From Pirellulales bacterium (GTDB taxonomy: Bacteria > Planctomycetota > Planctomycetia > Pirellulales > PALSA-1355): DNA of 64,000 bases. Location of the stretch: assembly GCA_963733035.1 (NCBI GenBank), contig CAVTBU010000008.1, forward strand, positions 416,001-480,000. The letters are read 5' to 3'. Within the stretch, counting starts at the first letter, position 1, and each line of letters begins with the position of its first letter. The notes under the pieces are model-generated. The model did not search any database. It was not told the origin of the DNA and saw only the letters and a list, made by a program, of their open reading frames with translations. This document shows, piece after piece, positions 9,996 to 19,589 of the stretch. The position numbers and the translations under genes were made by a program.

Positions 9996-10661
9996 ATGAA
10001 ATTGCAGTGTGTTGCAGCGTCTGCTGTCATGTTTACGGCCATCCTCACAGGGGTTGCCCGGGCCGACATGTGGATTACCGAATGGGCATATTCGGCAGGC
10101 AGTGGTGAATACGTTGAGTTCACCAATGTCGGGACCAGTGCGGTCGATCTGACCGGCTGGAGCTTTGATGACAGCAGCGAGATTCCGGGTAGTTTCTCGC
10201 TCAGTCCGCTTGGAACTGTGGTGCCAGGCGAGTCCGTAATTATCACCGAGGCGGTCGAAGCTGATTTTCGCGCCGCCTGGTCCTTGCCTGCTTCGGTCAA
10301 AGTACTCGGCGATAACATCAACAATCTTGGCAGGGGCGACGAAATCAATCTATATGATGACTCGGACGCTCTCGTCGATCGATTGACCTACGGTGACCAG
10401 GATTTCCCAGGTAGCATTCGTACTCAAAATGCGGGCGGCAATCCCATCACGCCGGCGGCGCTCGGTGCAAACGATCCCTACCAGTGGCAGTTGTCCTATG
10501 TCGGCGATCCCTTTGGTTCCTACCTATCTAGCTTTGGAGACATCGGCAACCCTGGCACCTATGTCGTACCAGAACCAACTGCCTTGCTACTATTTGTCGT
10601 GGGTGGGCTGTCGTTGAGCATCGCGCGGGCCAAGAGTCTTGCCCGCTATCGCGCTGCCTGA
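9996..10661 (+). CDS. PEP-CTERM surface protein with lamin tail domain (LTD)
   Basis: Signal peptide ending ARA-D; ITEW..GEYVEFTNVGTSAVDLTGWSFDD (LTD); C-terminal VPEPT + hydrophobic helix + basic tail. Confidence 0.85.
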   Translation: MKLQCVAASAVMFTAILTGVARADMWITEWAYSAGSGEYVEFTNVGTSAVDLTGWSFDDSSEIPGSFSLSPLGTVVPGESVIITEAVEADFRAAWSLPASVKVLGDNINNLGRGDEINLYDDSDALVDRLTYGDQDFPGSIRTQNAGGNPITPAALGANDPYQWQLSYVGDPFGSYLSSFGDIGNPGTYVVPEPTALLLFVVGGLSLSIARAKSLARYRAA

Positions 10662-11235
10662 GCGCCAGCGCTATTGTCCGTATCCGACAGTCCGACTCGA
10701 CGGTCGTACGACAAGATCCGTCGCTGGCGTGGCCGCGACCGTGAGGCCTGCCCATCCACTTTGGCAACTGTCGCGCGATTGGCTCGCGGACGTCAAACTC
10801 GAACCGCATACAGACCAGCTTTGTGTGCGGTTTTTTCGCGCCATTTCACTGTGTCTTCTGTCATCAATCGGCGCGACAGCTGTCTTGCCGTCGCCCACCG
10901 CTCAGTCGGTCAGACCATGCTCGCCGCTAATAGGCCAAGCATTTCCACAACAGAAAATGACGGCGGGCCGATTCCCGCGGCGGAACATGAACGCTACACG
11001 CGCGAATGCGTGGGCTGAAAGCCACGCTGTTCGCAAATCGGTCAGTCTCGTTCACGCATTTCCTGGCAATTGACATTAGCAACTGACGCGAATTGGCGGG
11101 ACCGGGTGAAATGTGGCCAACTTTGCGAGTTTGGCATGGCAACTGCGACGCCTGTTGCACCGACTGTGGTCTCCGCGCAGTTGTCGACGATTCTACGAAA
11201 ACTATGGGAAATCTCATTCGGATCGGAGGACCAAC

Positions 11236-11881
11236 ATGCATATTCTAACTTCGAGTGCAACAACACTGCTGCTCGGGTTGACGGCGTTGGCCAGCGCAGA
11301 TAACCGAGCCAACAAAGGTGGAGCAAGAACTTGAACGACGCGCTGAAAATCAAACTGCGCTGCCAAACAGTAGTCCGCAGGCAACGGACCAGGTGACGGT
11401 CAGCGGCACGGCCGATGCAGGGGCGAATAACCAGCAAAACGTCAATACAGGCACGAACAACGAAACGAGCGACAATACCAGTCGTCAAGGCGACAACTGG
11501 CGATATGTGCGGCACAACGGTCGCTGGTGGTATTGGACGCCCAACAACAACTGGGTCATTTGGTCGGGTGGTCGTTGGGTACCGTATGCTCAGTTCCAAC
11601 AGGCGTTTCGTAGCCGTGGCTTTAATGGCTCGTACCGAACCGGCTATCGCGGCAACTACAACGGCCGATACTTCGGACCTGGTTTTTACAGTCCGGGCAA
11701 CTTTGGTGGCTACTACGGTCCCGGCTACGGTTTTGGCTACGGCCCCTATGGCAACTATGGTTGGGGCCCCGGAGGCTATAATCAAGGTGCGGCGGCCGGC
11801 GCCAACATTGGCGGCACCTTGGGCGGTCAAACCGGCGCGGGTATCGGTGCAGCCATCGGTGGCGCAATCAACGGAAGGTGA
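11236..11881 (+). CDS. Secreted Gly/Tyr/Trp-rich low-complexity protein with C-terminal glycine zipper; probable indel near 11296
   Basis: GGAGGA RBS then ATG 11236 giving signal peptide MHILTSSATTLLLGLTALASA. The frame shifts to ITEPTKVEQELE..., then WRYVRHNGRWWYWTP, GPGYG repeats and GANIGGTLGGQTGAGIGAAIGG. Confidence 0.7.
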
Positions 11882-11916
11882 TCATTTCGCAAGCACTACT
11901 CATTGAGCAGTCAATC

Positions 11917-11952
11917 ATCCTTCCAGGCTTCTCGGGCCTGGAAGGATTTTTG
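11917..11952 (+). terminator. Intrinsic terminator
   Basis: Perfect 12-bp stem ATCCTTCCAGGC / GCCTGGAAGGAT with a 7-nt loop and a T-run, 35 nt after the stop at 11881. Confidence 0.8.
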
Positions 11953-12069
11953 CTGCGCTGCAGACGACTGCCATCGTTCGGATAGTTGCCGCCGAGAGGT
12001 GCATTCGGTGATAATAATGACTCGCACATTTCAACACCATCACGTCGGATTTCAACGTTTGGGTACAGC

Positions 12070-12684
12070 ATGGGCAACGGTGATATCGCACGCCTGATGC
12101 GGTGGCGCTACCGGCAAGCGCGGCACACAATGGGCCGTGCATTTCATGACTACAACCTGATGGTCTATGCGGCGCGAGACGATGACAGCCGCTTGACCGC
12201 CGTCACTTCGCTATATGGGGCAATCATGGATGATTGTTTTCGCCACGGCGAAGTTTATACGTTCGGCGATTGCCACGGCGTGGCCTGTTGGCTTCCGCCA
12301 CCGCGAGCCGTACCGACCTTCTGGCGACAGGCGCGATCCGGGATGCTGGCGCTGCCATGGCACTTTGGGCTGTCCGGATTTCGCAAGCTAACCGCTTTCG
12401 ATGACGTTGCGCGGCGTCTACATCACAATCATGCGTCGATGCCGCACTGGTATCTGGCTGCGATCGGTGTTGACCCAGAACATCAAGGCCGAGGGATCGG
12501 CAGCGCCCTGATGCGGCCGATGCTCGAGCGGGCTGACCGCGACGGCTTACACTGTTGGTTAGATACACATCAGGAACAGAACGTGCGGCTGTACGAGCGC
12601 CATGGGTTTGACGTTTGCGAGCGCGTCGAACTGCCGGACCACCCAATTCCGGTCTACGGTATGCTACGCAAGCCGCGCGGCTAG
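12070..12684 (+). CDS. GNAT family N-acetyltransferase
   Basis: HWYLAAIGVDPEHQGRGIGSALM (motif A) and NVRLYERHGF. Start is uncertain. Confidence 0.88.
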   Translation: MGNGDIARLMRWRYRQARHTMGRAFHDYNLMVYAARDDDSRLTAVTSLYGAIMDDCFRHGEVYTFGDCHGVACWLPPPRAVPTFWRQARSGMLALPWHFGLSGFRKLTAFDDVARRLHHNHASMPHWYLAAIGVDPEHQGRGIGSALMRPMLERADRDGLHCWLDTHQEQNVRLYERHGFDVCERVELPDHPIPVYGMLRKPRG

Positions 12685-12727
12685 GTGAGCCCACGTCGCA
12701 TACCATCAAATTTGCGAGCGCCCGATC

Positions 12728-13414
12728 ATGGAAATCCTAATCTTTCTTCTCTTCTTGACACTGATTGTCATTTCTGCAATCTATGCGTACCGGAAGGCAG
12801 CACAGCGACGCAAGGATTTGGCCGCACTGGCTCAGCGCCTTGGCTGGCAGTTCCGTTCCGGCAACGACCGGGAGCTGACTGCTCGCTTTGGTGCGCTACG
12901 TTGTCTGGACCAGGGTTCCAACCGCTACGCGTACAACATTCTCGAAGGCCACCTCGGTGATCGCGCCATTTGCGCCTTCGATTATCACTACGAAACCTAC
13001 TCGACCGATTCGAAAGGTCATCGCACGACCAACCATCACCATTTCTCGATGGCCGTGCTGGAGACCGGACTACCGCTCAAACCGCTGTTCATCCGCCCGG
13101 AGGGTTTCTTGGATCGGATTGGCGAGTTCTTCGGCCTCGACGACATCGACTTTGAGTCGAGCCAGTTCAGTCGAGAGTTTCACGTCACCAGCCCCGATCG
13201 CCGCTGGGCGTTTGACGTAATCCATCAGGCCACCATGGAGTTCCTGCTGGCCGCTCCCCGCTTCACAATCCAAATGGCCGGCTCGCGGGTATTCATTTAT
13301 CGTGCCAGCTGCTTCGAGCCGGCCGATTTCAAAAGTGCCCTGGACGTGGCTAGCGGCATCATCGACCGTTTGCCGAACTACCTACTGCGTGAGTGGAAAG
13401 GAGCTACTCGATGA
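12728..13414 (+). CDS. Membrane-anchored hypothetical protein (DUF3137-like), coupled to lemA
   Basis: N-terminal TM helix and DIDFESSQFSREFHV..D.RWAFDVI motif. ATGA overlap with lemA. Confidence 0.7.
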   Translation: MEILIFLLFLTLIVISAIYAYRKAAQRRKDLAALAQRLGWQFRSGNDRELTARFGALRCLDQGSNRYAYNILEGHLGDRAICAFDYHYETYSTDSKGHRTTNHHHFSMAVLETGLPLKPLFIRPEGFLDRIGEFFGLDDIDFESSQFSREFHVTSPDRRWAFDVIHQATMEFLLAAPRFTIQMAGSRVFIYRASCFEPADFKSALDVASGIIDRLPNYLLREWKGATR

Positions 13415-13983
13415 ATTCCTCTCTGATCGTATTGGCAATCGTGGCCTTCGCCGCCATCCTCGTCCTGGCTTGGGTCATCGGCCTTTACAACGGCTTGGTA
13501 CGAGCCAAGAACACGTGTAACGAATCATGGGCCGACATCGACACCGAACTCCGCCGCCGATACGACCTGATTCCAAATCTCGTCGAGACCGTGAAAGGAT
13601 ATGCGGCGCACGAGCGCGAAGTGCTGGAGCGAGTCGTTCAGGCCCGCAACGCAGCAGTCGCGAACCACGGTTCGCCCACCTCGCAAGCACAAGACGAAAA
13701 CACCCTAAATAACAGTCTGCGCCAGTTGTTCGCCCTGTCGGAAGCATATCCAGATCTCAAAGCAAACCAGAGTTTTATCGAGTTGCAACAGGAGTTGGCC
13801 AACACGGAAGACCGTTTGCAGCGCGCTCGCCGGTTCTACAACAGCAATGTCCGCGACATGAACAATCGACTCGAAGTCTTCCCGTCGAACATCGTGGCCC
13901 AGATGTTCGCGTTCCAAGCGGCCGAGTACTTTGAGATTGAGGATCCTGCCGTGCGAGAGGTCCCAACAGCGAAGTTCACCTAG
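13411..13983 (+). CDS. lemA: LemA family protein
   Basis: TM helix, YNGLV, RRYDLIPNLVETVKGYAAHE, EAYPDLKANQSF and RRFYNSNV. Confidence 0.95.
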   Translation: MNSSLIVLAIVAFAAILVLAWVIGLYNGLVRAKNTCNESWADIDTELRRRYDLIPNLVETVKGYAAHEREVLERVVQARNAAVANHGSPTSQAQDENTLNNSLRQLFALSEAYPDLKANQSFIELQQELANTEDRLQRARRFYNSNVRDMNNRLEVFPSNIVAQMFAFQAAEYFEIEDPAVREVPTAKFT

Positions 13984-14162
13984 TCCGCGAACCTTGTGCA
14001 ACTTAGCCAATCGATAGATTTTTTGCGTTCCGTACGACCGGTACGTTCCTGCATCTGTTCCAGCCGCAGGCAGGATAGTCCTGATGTAAGCTTGTATGTG
14101 GGTACCGAAAAAGGCAACGAGTCGCGGGCTCACCGTTCGCTTCACAACCAGGGCTGGCGACT

Positions 14163-14999
14163 ATGCGACGACGTGAGTTCATCGTTTCGGCGTGCTTGAT
14201 GATCGCGGGCGGCAACTGGGCCTCGGCCGGGCAATTGCCTCAGGAGTTCGTTAATCTCTACCGGCCAGCGCTCAATAGGTTGCGTGAAGCATATTCCAAA
14301 GTAACCGTCGAGGGCACGCTACGCGTTGAGCTACCGCGAGAGGAAAAGTCGAGCGAACAGGGATTCGTCATGCGGGCCGACGGCAAGAAGCGTCGCCTGG
14401 ACTTGCGCACATTGGCGCAACAGGGCATGGGTTTGAAGGTGGGGGCCACCGAAATGTCGATGGCCACACCGTATGGTTCGCTCAACACCTATACAAATCC
14501 CGATTCCAAGTTCTTCGACGATGCCCAGCAGCGCAAATATGACGGCATCGTGTCCGAAATCGATCGGCGCTGTTTAGTTACCTATCCCTATGCGCTGGAC
14601 TCGAAGAGCACAATCCTCGACATGCTGCAAAGTCCGGCCGTGAAGGTGAAGAGCGTCAAATGGACTCGCTCACAGGGCCAGCCGATGGTCCAGGTCGACT
14701 ACCAGCAGGATGGCGAGCATGCCGGTTTCTCGGGCACGTGGGAATCGATGTTGATCCTGTCTCCGGAGGACGGTTGGGCCTTGCGTAGTTTTACGCGTAC
14801 GCTGCAAGGTGGTTCCAGTCGAGTTAGCCAGCGCGGAGAACTTCAGTACGCCGGCATCGAAGACGGCGCCCCACTTCTGCAGTCCATCAGCGTGGAAACG
14901 AGCCAAGGCGGCCGCGTCGTCCGCCGCGAGGGTATCACGGTTGATGACACGACTTTTGGCGCTCCAAACCAATATCTCTTCGATTCATTCACTTTCTAA
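14163..14999 (+). CDS. Secreted hypothetical protein with twin-arginine-like signal
   Basis: MRRREFIVSACLMIAGGNWASA resembles a Tat signal with an AxA site. The mature part is beta-rich and I recognise no family. Confidence 0.65.
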   Translation: MRRREFIVSACLMIAGGNWASAGQLPQEFVNLYRPALNRLREAYSKVTVEGTLRVELPREEKSSEQGFVMRADGKKRRLDLRTLAQQGMGLKVGATEMSMATPYGSLNTYTNPDSKFFDDAQQRKYDGIVSEIDRRCLVTYPYALDSKSTILDMLQSPAVKVKSVKWTRSQGQPMVQVDYQQDGEHAGFSGTWESMLILSPEDGWALRSFTRTLQGGSSRVSQRGELQYAGIEDGAPLLQSISVETSQGGRVVRREGITVDDTTFGAPNQYLFDSFTF

Positions 15000-15081
15000 T
15001 CGCCGGTCTCTCCGAAATCCTTGGGCAAATGGTGATGCCGCGCGGCGTCTGACGGTTACTACCGCGTGAGAGGAGTGACCG

Positions 15082-15807
15082 ATGAAGCTACCAGTCGTCG
15101 ACGGCCTAATTCGTAGGCGTATCTTGGTCAACTATCGGGCTGACCCACAAATCGTTGCCCGATTGTTGCCGCCGCGATTGCGGCCCCAGGTGCATGCCGG
15201 GAATTCCTTGGTTGGGATTTGCCTAATCCGGCTAGAGCAAGTTCGGCCGCGACCGCTGCCCGCCCGGCTTGGAATCCAAAGCGAGAATGCCGCACATCGG
15301 TTTGCCGTGGAGTGGGATGATGACACTGGCGCCAGGCGCAACGGTGTTTTCGTACACCGTCGCGACACCAGTTCATGGCTCAATTGCCTGGCCGGGGGAC
15401 GTGTATTTCCTGGCGAGCACCACTTGGCAAAGTTCGATGTCGCCGAATGCAATCCGGAAGTGGCGCTCTCGATGCATTCTCGCGATGGGAAAGTGGCAAT
15501 CGAGGTGTCCGGCCACGCAGTCGACACATGGCCACGCGAATCCACATTCACCTCGCTGGCCAGTGCGTCGGCCTTTTACGAGCGGGGCTCGTTGGGTTAT
15601 TCGACTACCGACGACCCGCATCGCCTGGATGGACTTGTTCTCAAAACAGCCGAATGGGCAGTCCAGCCGTTTGCAATTGACCACGTGGCGTCCAGCTACT
15701 TCGACGACGACGCAAGATTCCCACCAGGTAGCATCGCACTCGACCATGCCCTGCTCATGCGCGACGTCCGACACCAGTGGCACGGCGCTCCAGACCTGTG
15801 CGTGTGA
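15082..15807 (+). CDS. DUF2071 family protein
   Basis: GLIRRRILVNYRADP, GICLIRLEQVRP, SENAAHRFAVEW, AGGRVFPGEHH and LDHALLMRDVRHQW. AGGAG RBS. Confidence 0.78.
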   Translation: MKLPVVDGLIRRRILVNYRADPQIVARLLPPRLRPQVHAGNSLVGICLIRLEQVRPRPLPARLGIQSENAAHRFAVEWDDDTGARRNGVFVHRRDTSSWLNCLAGGRVFPGEHHLAKFDVAECNPEVALSMHSRDGKVAIEVSGHAVDTWPRESTFTSLASASAFYERGSLGYSTTDDPHRLDGLVLKTAEWAVQPFAIDHVASSYFDDDARFPPGSIALDHALLMRDVRHQWHGAPDLCV

Positions 15808-15819
15808 ATGGCGGCGAAG

Positions 15820-17379
15820 CTAGGTCTTGGCCCGCTGGAGGGCTCGGTCGATGCGTTTGAGGCAGGCGTCCTTACCGAGAATCTCCAGGCAATCGTAGAG
15901 CCCCGGACCGACGGACTTGCCAGTCGTCGAGACGCGAATGGCGTGGATAACATCGCCGGTTTTGATTCCTTCGGCCGTCACAAATTCGTGCAAGATGGTC
16001 TCCAGGTTCTGCGCATCGAACGGTTCGGCGGCCGCCAGCTGGTCACGAAACCTGGCAAGCAGTTCTGTTGTCCCTGGTTTCCCCAGGTTTTTTTGAAATG
16101 CCTTTTCGTCGTAGACGATCTCATCCTGAAAGAAGAAGTCGGCGTAGGCCAGAATGTCGCCGAACACCTTGAGCCTGTCGCCCGCCGCTTCCACGATTCG
16201 GGTCAGTTTTGGTCCCACCTCACACGGTGTCGGCGTAGGGACCAGACCGGCCCGCTGCAGATAGTCAAGCATCGTCGCCACTTTCTGCTTCAGCGGCAAC
16301 TTCTGCATGTAGTGATCCTGGAAGGCCCAGAGCTTCTTGGGATCGAAGCTGGCGGGGGCCTTGGTCACGCGGTCGAGCGAAAAGTTGTTGATCAGTGTCT
16401 GCCGGTCCATGAATTCCGTCTTGTCGTCTAGCGACCAACCGAGCAGCACAAGGTAGTTAATGATCGCGTCGGGCAAGTAGCCAACCTGTTCGTAGAAATC
16501 CACGATCACTGGATTGAACGTGTCGGCCGACGTCGCAAGCCCGAGCGCCTTGGCGATCGCGACTCCGTGTTCATTGACCAAGGCAAAATCGCGGTTCTTC
16601 AGGTATTTGTCGAGTTTGCGCTTGCTGAGTTTGTTTTTGCTCCCCGGTTCGGCCACGTAGGGCAGGTGGGCATACTGCGGCAATTCATAGCCAAGCGATT
16701 GGGCAATGTAAATCTGCCGCGGCGTGTTCGATAAATGTTCTTCAGCCCGTATGACATGCGTGATTTCGAAATCGTGATCGTCGACGACACTCGCCAAATG
16801 ATAGAGACACGTGCCGTCAGCCCGTTGGATGACGTGGTCTTGTTCTCGTGCCCAGTCGAATTCCACGCGGCCTCGCACCAGGTCGTCGATCACCAATGTC
16901 CCTTCCCGGGGCATTTTCAACCGCACGACGGATAGTCGTCCCTCGGCCTCAAAATTCTTTTGTTGATCGGTGGTTTCGGCCATCCAGCGACGGCTGTAGA
17001 GAAATGGCCGCTTTTCGGCCTGGGCGGTTTCGCGTTCGGCCTGAATCTCGTCGGTAGTGGCATAGTCTCGATACGCGAAGCCGTCGGCCAAAAGCTTCTC
17101 AACTGCCGCCTGATACTTCGCGAGACGTTTCGACTGGTAATACGGTTCGAAAGGACCGCCAACTTCGGGTCCCTCGTCCCAGTCGATACCCAGCCACTTG
17201 AAGCCGTGCAGAATTGGCGCGAGCGCCGCGTCTACATTTCGTTCGGCGTCCGTATCGTCAATCCGCAACAGAAACTGTCCACCGTGCCGTCGCGTAAAGA
17301 GCCAGTTAAATAGCGCCGTCCGCACGCCGCCAATGTGCAGGAAACCAGTCGGACTGGGGGCAAAACGAGTACGAACCAT
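15820..17379 (-). CDS. gltX: Glutamate--tRNA ligase
   Basis: [17 protein letters not shown] (HIGH), [25 protein letters not shown] (KMSKS-like) and a C-terminal anticodon-binding domain. Confidence 0.97.
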   Translation of the reverse strand: MVRTRFAPSPTGFLHIGGVRTALFNWLFTRRHGGQFLLRIDDTDAERNVDAALAPILHGFKWLGIDWDEGPEVGGPFEPYYQSKRLAKYQAAVEKLLADGFAYRDYATTDEIQAERETAQAEKRPFLYSRRWMAETTDQQKNFEAEGRLSVVRLKMPREGTLVIDDLVRGRVEFDWAREQDHVIQRADGTCLYHLASVVDDHDFEITHVIRAEEHLSNTPRQIYIAQSLGYELPQYAHLPYVAEPGSKNKLSKRKLDKYLKNRDFALVNEHGVAIAKALGLATSADTFNPVIVDFYEQVGYLPDAIINYLVLLGWSLDDKTEFMDRQTLINNFSLDRVTKAPASFDPKKLWAFQDHYMQKLPLKQKVATMLDYLQRAGLVPTPTPCEVGPKLTRIVEAAGDRLKVFGDILAYADFFFQDEIVYDEKAFQKNLGKPGTTELLARFRDQLAAAEPFDAQNLETILHEFVTAEGIKTGDVIHAIRVSTTGKSVGPGLYDCLEILGKDACLKRIDRALQRAKT

Positions 17380-17469
17380 AAGAGCACGTGTACCCAACGG
17401 GAGTGCGATCGCCAAACGAACGGCCCATTATGCCCGAAGGCGGGGGAATGGGAAAGGACGACGGTATGC

Positions 17470-18330
17470 CTAGGACGGCAGTTGGCCAATGATCCCAACC
17501 AAAAACTTGGCCAGACTCTCGGAAGCCACCAGTGCGTCTTCCTTCAGTTGCCACATGTCCTTGACGCTCGAAGGGCGGCGCATGATCGCGCCCGCAGCAG
17601 CGCCCAGCCGGCCGGCCGTCGATTTCTTGTTTACCATCAAGTCGATGTCTCGAGGCAGCGTACGATTTACGCCGTCGATAACTATGCGGACCGATAGGAA
17701 GCGCGTTTTCCGTTGGCTACAGACATCGGCAACTCCCAGCGTTTCCATGTCGACCGCCATTGCCTGATGCTGTTGTCCGATCCTGCGCTTCTCGTCCGGC
17801 TCGCGGATCACACGATCGACCGTGACCAAACGTCCCACGTGCAAACGCGGTCCGGGCGGCAGCTTAAGATCGATCACAAACTGTTGGCCGCTTTCGTCAA
17901 CGACACTGTCGGCGACCAGTATATCACCCTGCTTTAGTCGTTCGTCCAAGGCCCCAGCAAATCCGGCAGATATGATCCACCGCGGGTGATGCCCAAAAAT
18001 GAGAGCTTCGGTAGCCCTCGAAGCGCGTTCTCGTCCGGTGCCGCTCTCCACAATGATTGTCCGCTTGTTGCCGAGCCCCCCCTCGCGCGCGACGAATCCA
18101 GCTCCGGCAGTTTTGACCAAACCGGCAAGCTTATCGACCAGTCCACCCGCTTCGATGCCGAGGGCAAACACAAGGCCGACATGACAGATTTCAGGCTCAC
18201 GTTTCTCCACTTCCGGTGGCTCATTCGAGGGGCTCTGCGGCATGGCCTCTCCGGCGGCCTGCATCGCAGCCGCGCGCACGCGTTGCTGGGCCTGGCCCAT
18301 CAGGTAGTTTCGGAGCAGAGACTGCCACAT
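17470..18330 (-). CDS. hpnG: Hopanoid-associated nucleoside phosphorylase/nucleosidase (HpnG-like)
   Basis: PNP_UDP fold motifs VFALGIEA, ISAGFAGAL and AVDMET. It lies directly downstream of hpnH. Confidence 0.75.
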   Translation of the reverse strand: MWQSLLRNYLMGQAQQRVRAAAMQAAGEAMPQSPSNEPPEVEKREPEICHVGLVFALGIEAGGLVDKLAGLVKTAGAGFVAREGGLGNKRTIIVESGTGRERASRATEALIFGHHPRWIISAGFAGALDERLKQGDILVADSVVDESGQQFVIDLKLPPGPRLHVGRLVTVDRVIREPDEKRRIGQQHQAMAVDMETLGVADVCSQRKTRFLSVRIVIDGVNRTLPRDIDLMVNKKSTAGRLGAAAGAIMRRPSSVKDMWQLKEDALVASESLAKFLVGIIGQLPS

Positions 18331-18531
18331 ACAACGACTTCCACGGGAGCAATCAACACGAGTTCCCTCATTGTAGCGGGCATAGGTGCCCGAATTCCAA
18401 TCCAACTCGTACTCAGAGCAGCAAGGAGGGTCACGTGCAGACCGACATCCGTACGCGGTTTGGGCCCGGAAACGTCGCCCCATGTCAACTTCCCTTGCTC
18501 GCGTGCCGGGAAAGTGAGCCGCGTCGACAGT

Positions 18532-19551
18532 TTATGCAAGTTGCCAGAGGGCCATCTTCAGCGTGTCACCAAGTCGTCGGTTGACACCCAAAACGGCGGC
18601 CGGCTCGAAGCCGCAGTGGACCATGCAATGCTCGCAGCGGGCGTCATTGCCGCGGCCGAGCTTGTCCCAATCCGTGTTTTCCACCAAGTCATTGAACGTT
18701 TTGTGATGCGTATCAGTGATCAGGTAGCAGGGACCTTTCCAACCGCGAACATTGCGGGTTGGATTGGCCCAGGCGGCACACTTCAGTTCGCGTTCGCCTC
18801 GCAGGAATTCGAGGTAAATCGGTGAGGTGTTCAAGCGGTAGCCAGCCAACAGCTCCTTGGCCTGACGGAACTTTGCGTGAATGTCGTCACGGGTCATGAA
18901 TATTTCTTGCGCGCCCAGCGGATTGATTTGGTGCACCGCGGCGTAACCGTATGCGGGTGACATCATGAAGCCGTCAACGCCCAACTCCGTCAAGTAACTC
19001 AACAGCACGGCAATCTCGTGCATATTGGTTTCCTTGTAGATCGTCGTATTCGTGCAAACCAGAAAGCCGGCGGCCTTGGCGGCCTTGATCCCTTCGATCG
19101 CCTCGGCAAACACACCCTCACGTTCGACGGCCAAGTCGTGCGAGGCCTCCATGCCGTCCAAGTGAACGTTCCAAAAGAAACGATCGGTCGGCTTGAAGCC
19201 GCTCAGCTTCTTGAGAGTAAACATGCCGTTGGTGCATAAATAGATGTGCTTCTTGCGCTCGAGAATCTTGGCCACAAGTTCCTCGATATGGGGATAGATC
19301 ATTGGCTCGCCGCCGCAGATGCTCACGCACGGAGCACCGCACTCGTCGACAGCCGCCAGGCACTCGTCCACCGTGAGCTTATCCTTGATCGTATTGGAAT
19401 ACTCGCGAATCCTCCCGCAGCCGGTGCAAGTGAGGTTGCAGGCGTGCAACGGTTCGAGCATCAGCACCAACGGAAACTTCTTTTCACCGGCCAGCTTCTT
19501 CTTAAGCAAGTAGCTGGCCATCGTGCGAGTGAGCGAGAACGGAAAACGCAT
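18532..19551 (-). CDS. hpnH: Adenosyl-hopene transferase (radical SAM)
   Basis: KFPLVLMLEPLHACNLTCTGCGRI (CxxxCxxC), SICGGEP, NPTRNVRGWKGPCYL and CEHCMVHCGFEP. Confidence 0.95.
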   Translation of the reverse strand: MRFPFSLTRTMASYLLKKKLAGEKKFPLVLMLEPLHACNLTCTGCGRIREYSNTIKDKLTVDECLAAVDECGAPCVSICGGEPMIYPHIEELVAKILERKKHIYLCTNGMFTLKKLSGFKPTDRFFWNVHLDGMEASHDLAVEREGVFAEAIEGIKAAKAAGFLVCTNTTIYKETNMHEIAVLLSYLTELGVDGFMMSPAYGYAAVHQINPLGAQEIFMTRDDIHAKFRQAKELLAGYRLNTSPIYLEFLRGERELKCAAWANPTRNVRGWKGPCYLITDTHHKTFNDLVENTDWDKLGRGNDARCEHCMVHCGFEPAAVLGVNRRLGDTLKMALWQLA

Positions 19552-19589
19552 CGGGATCCTCCCTGAGCGTGATAATTCAATGTGGAAAT

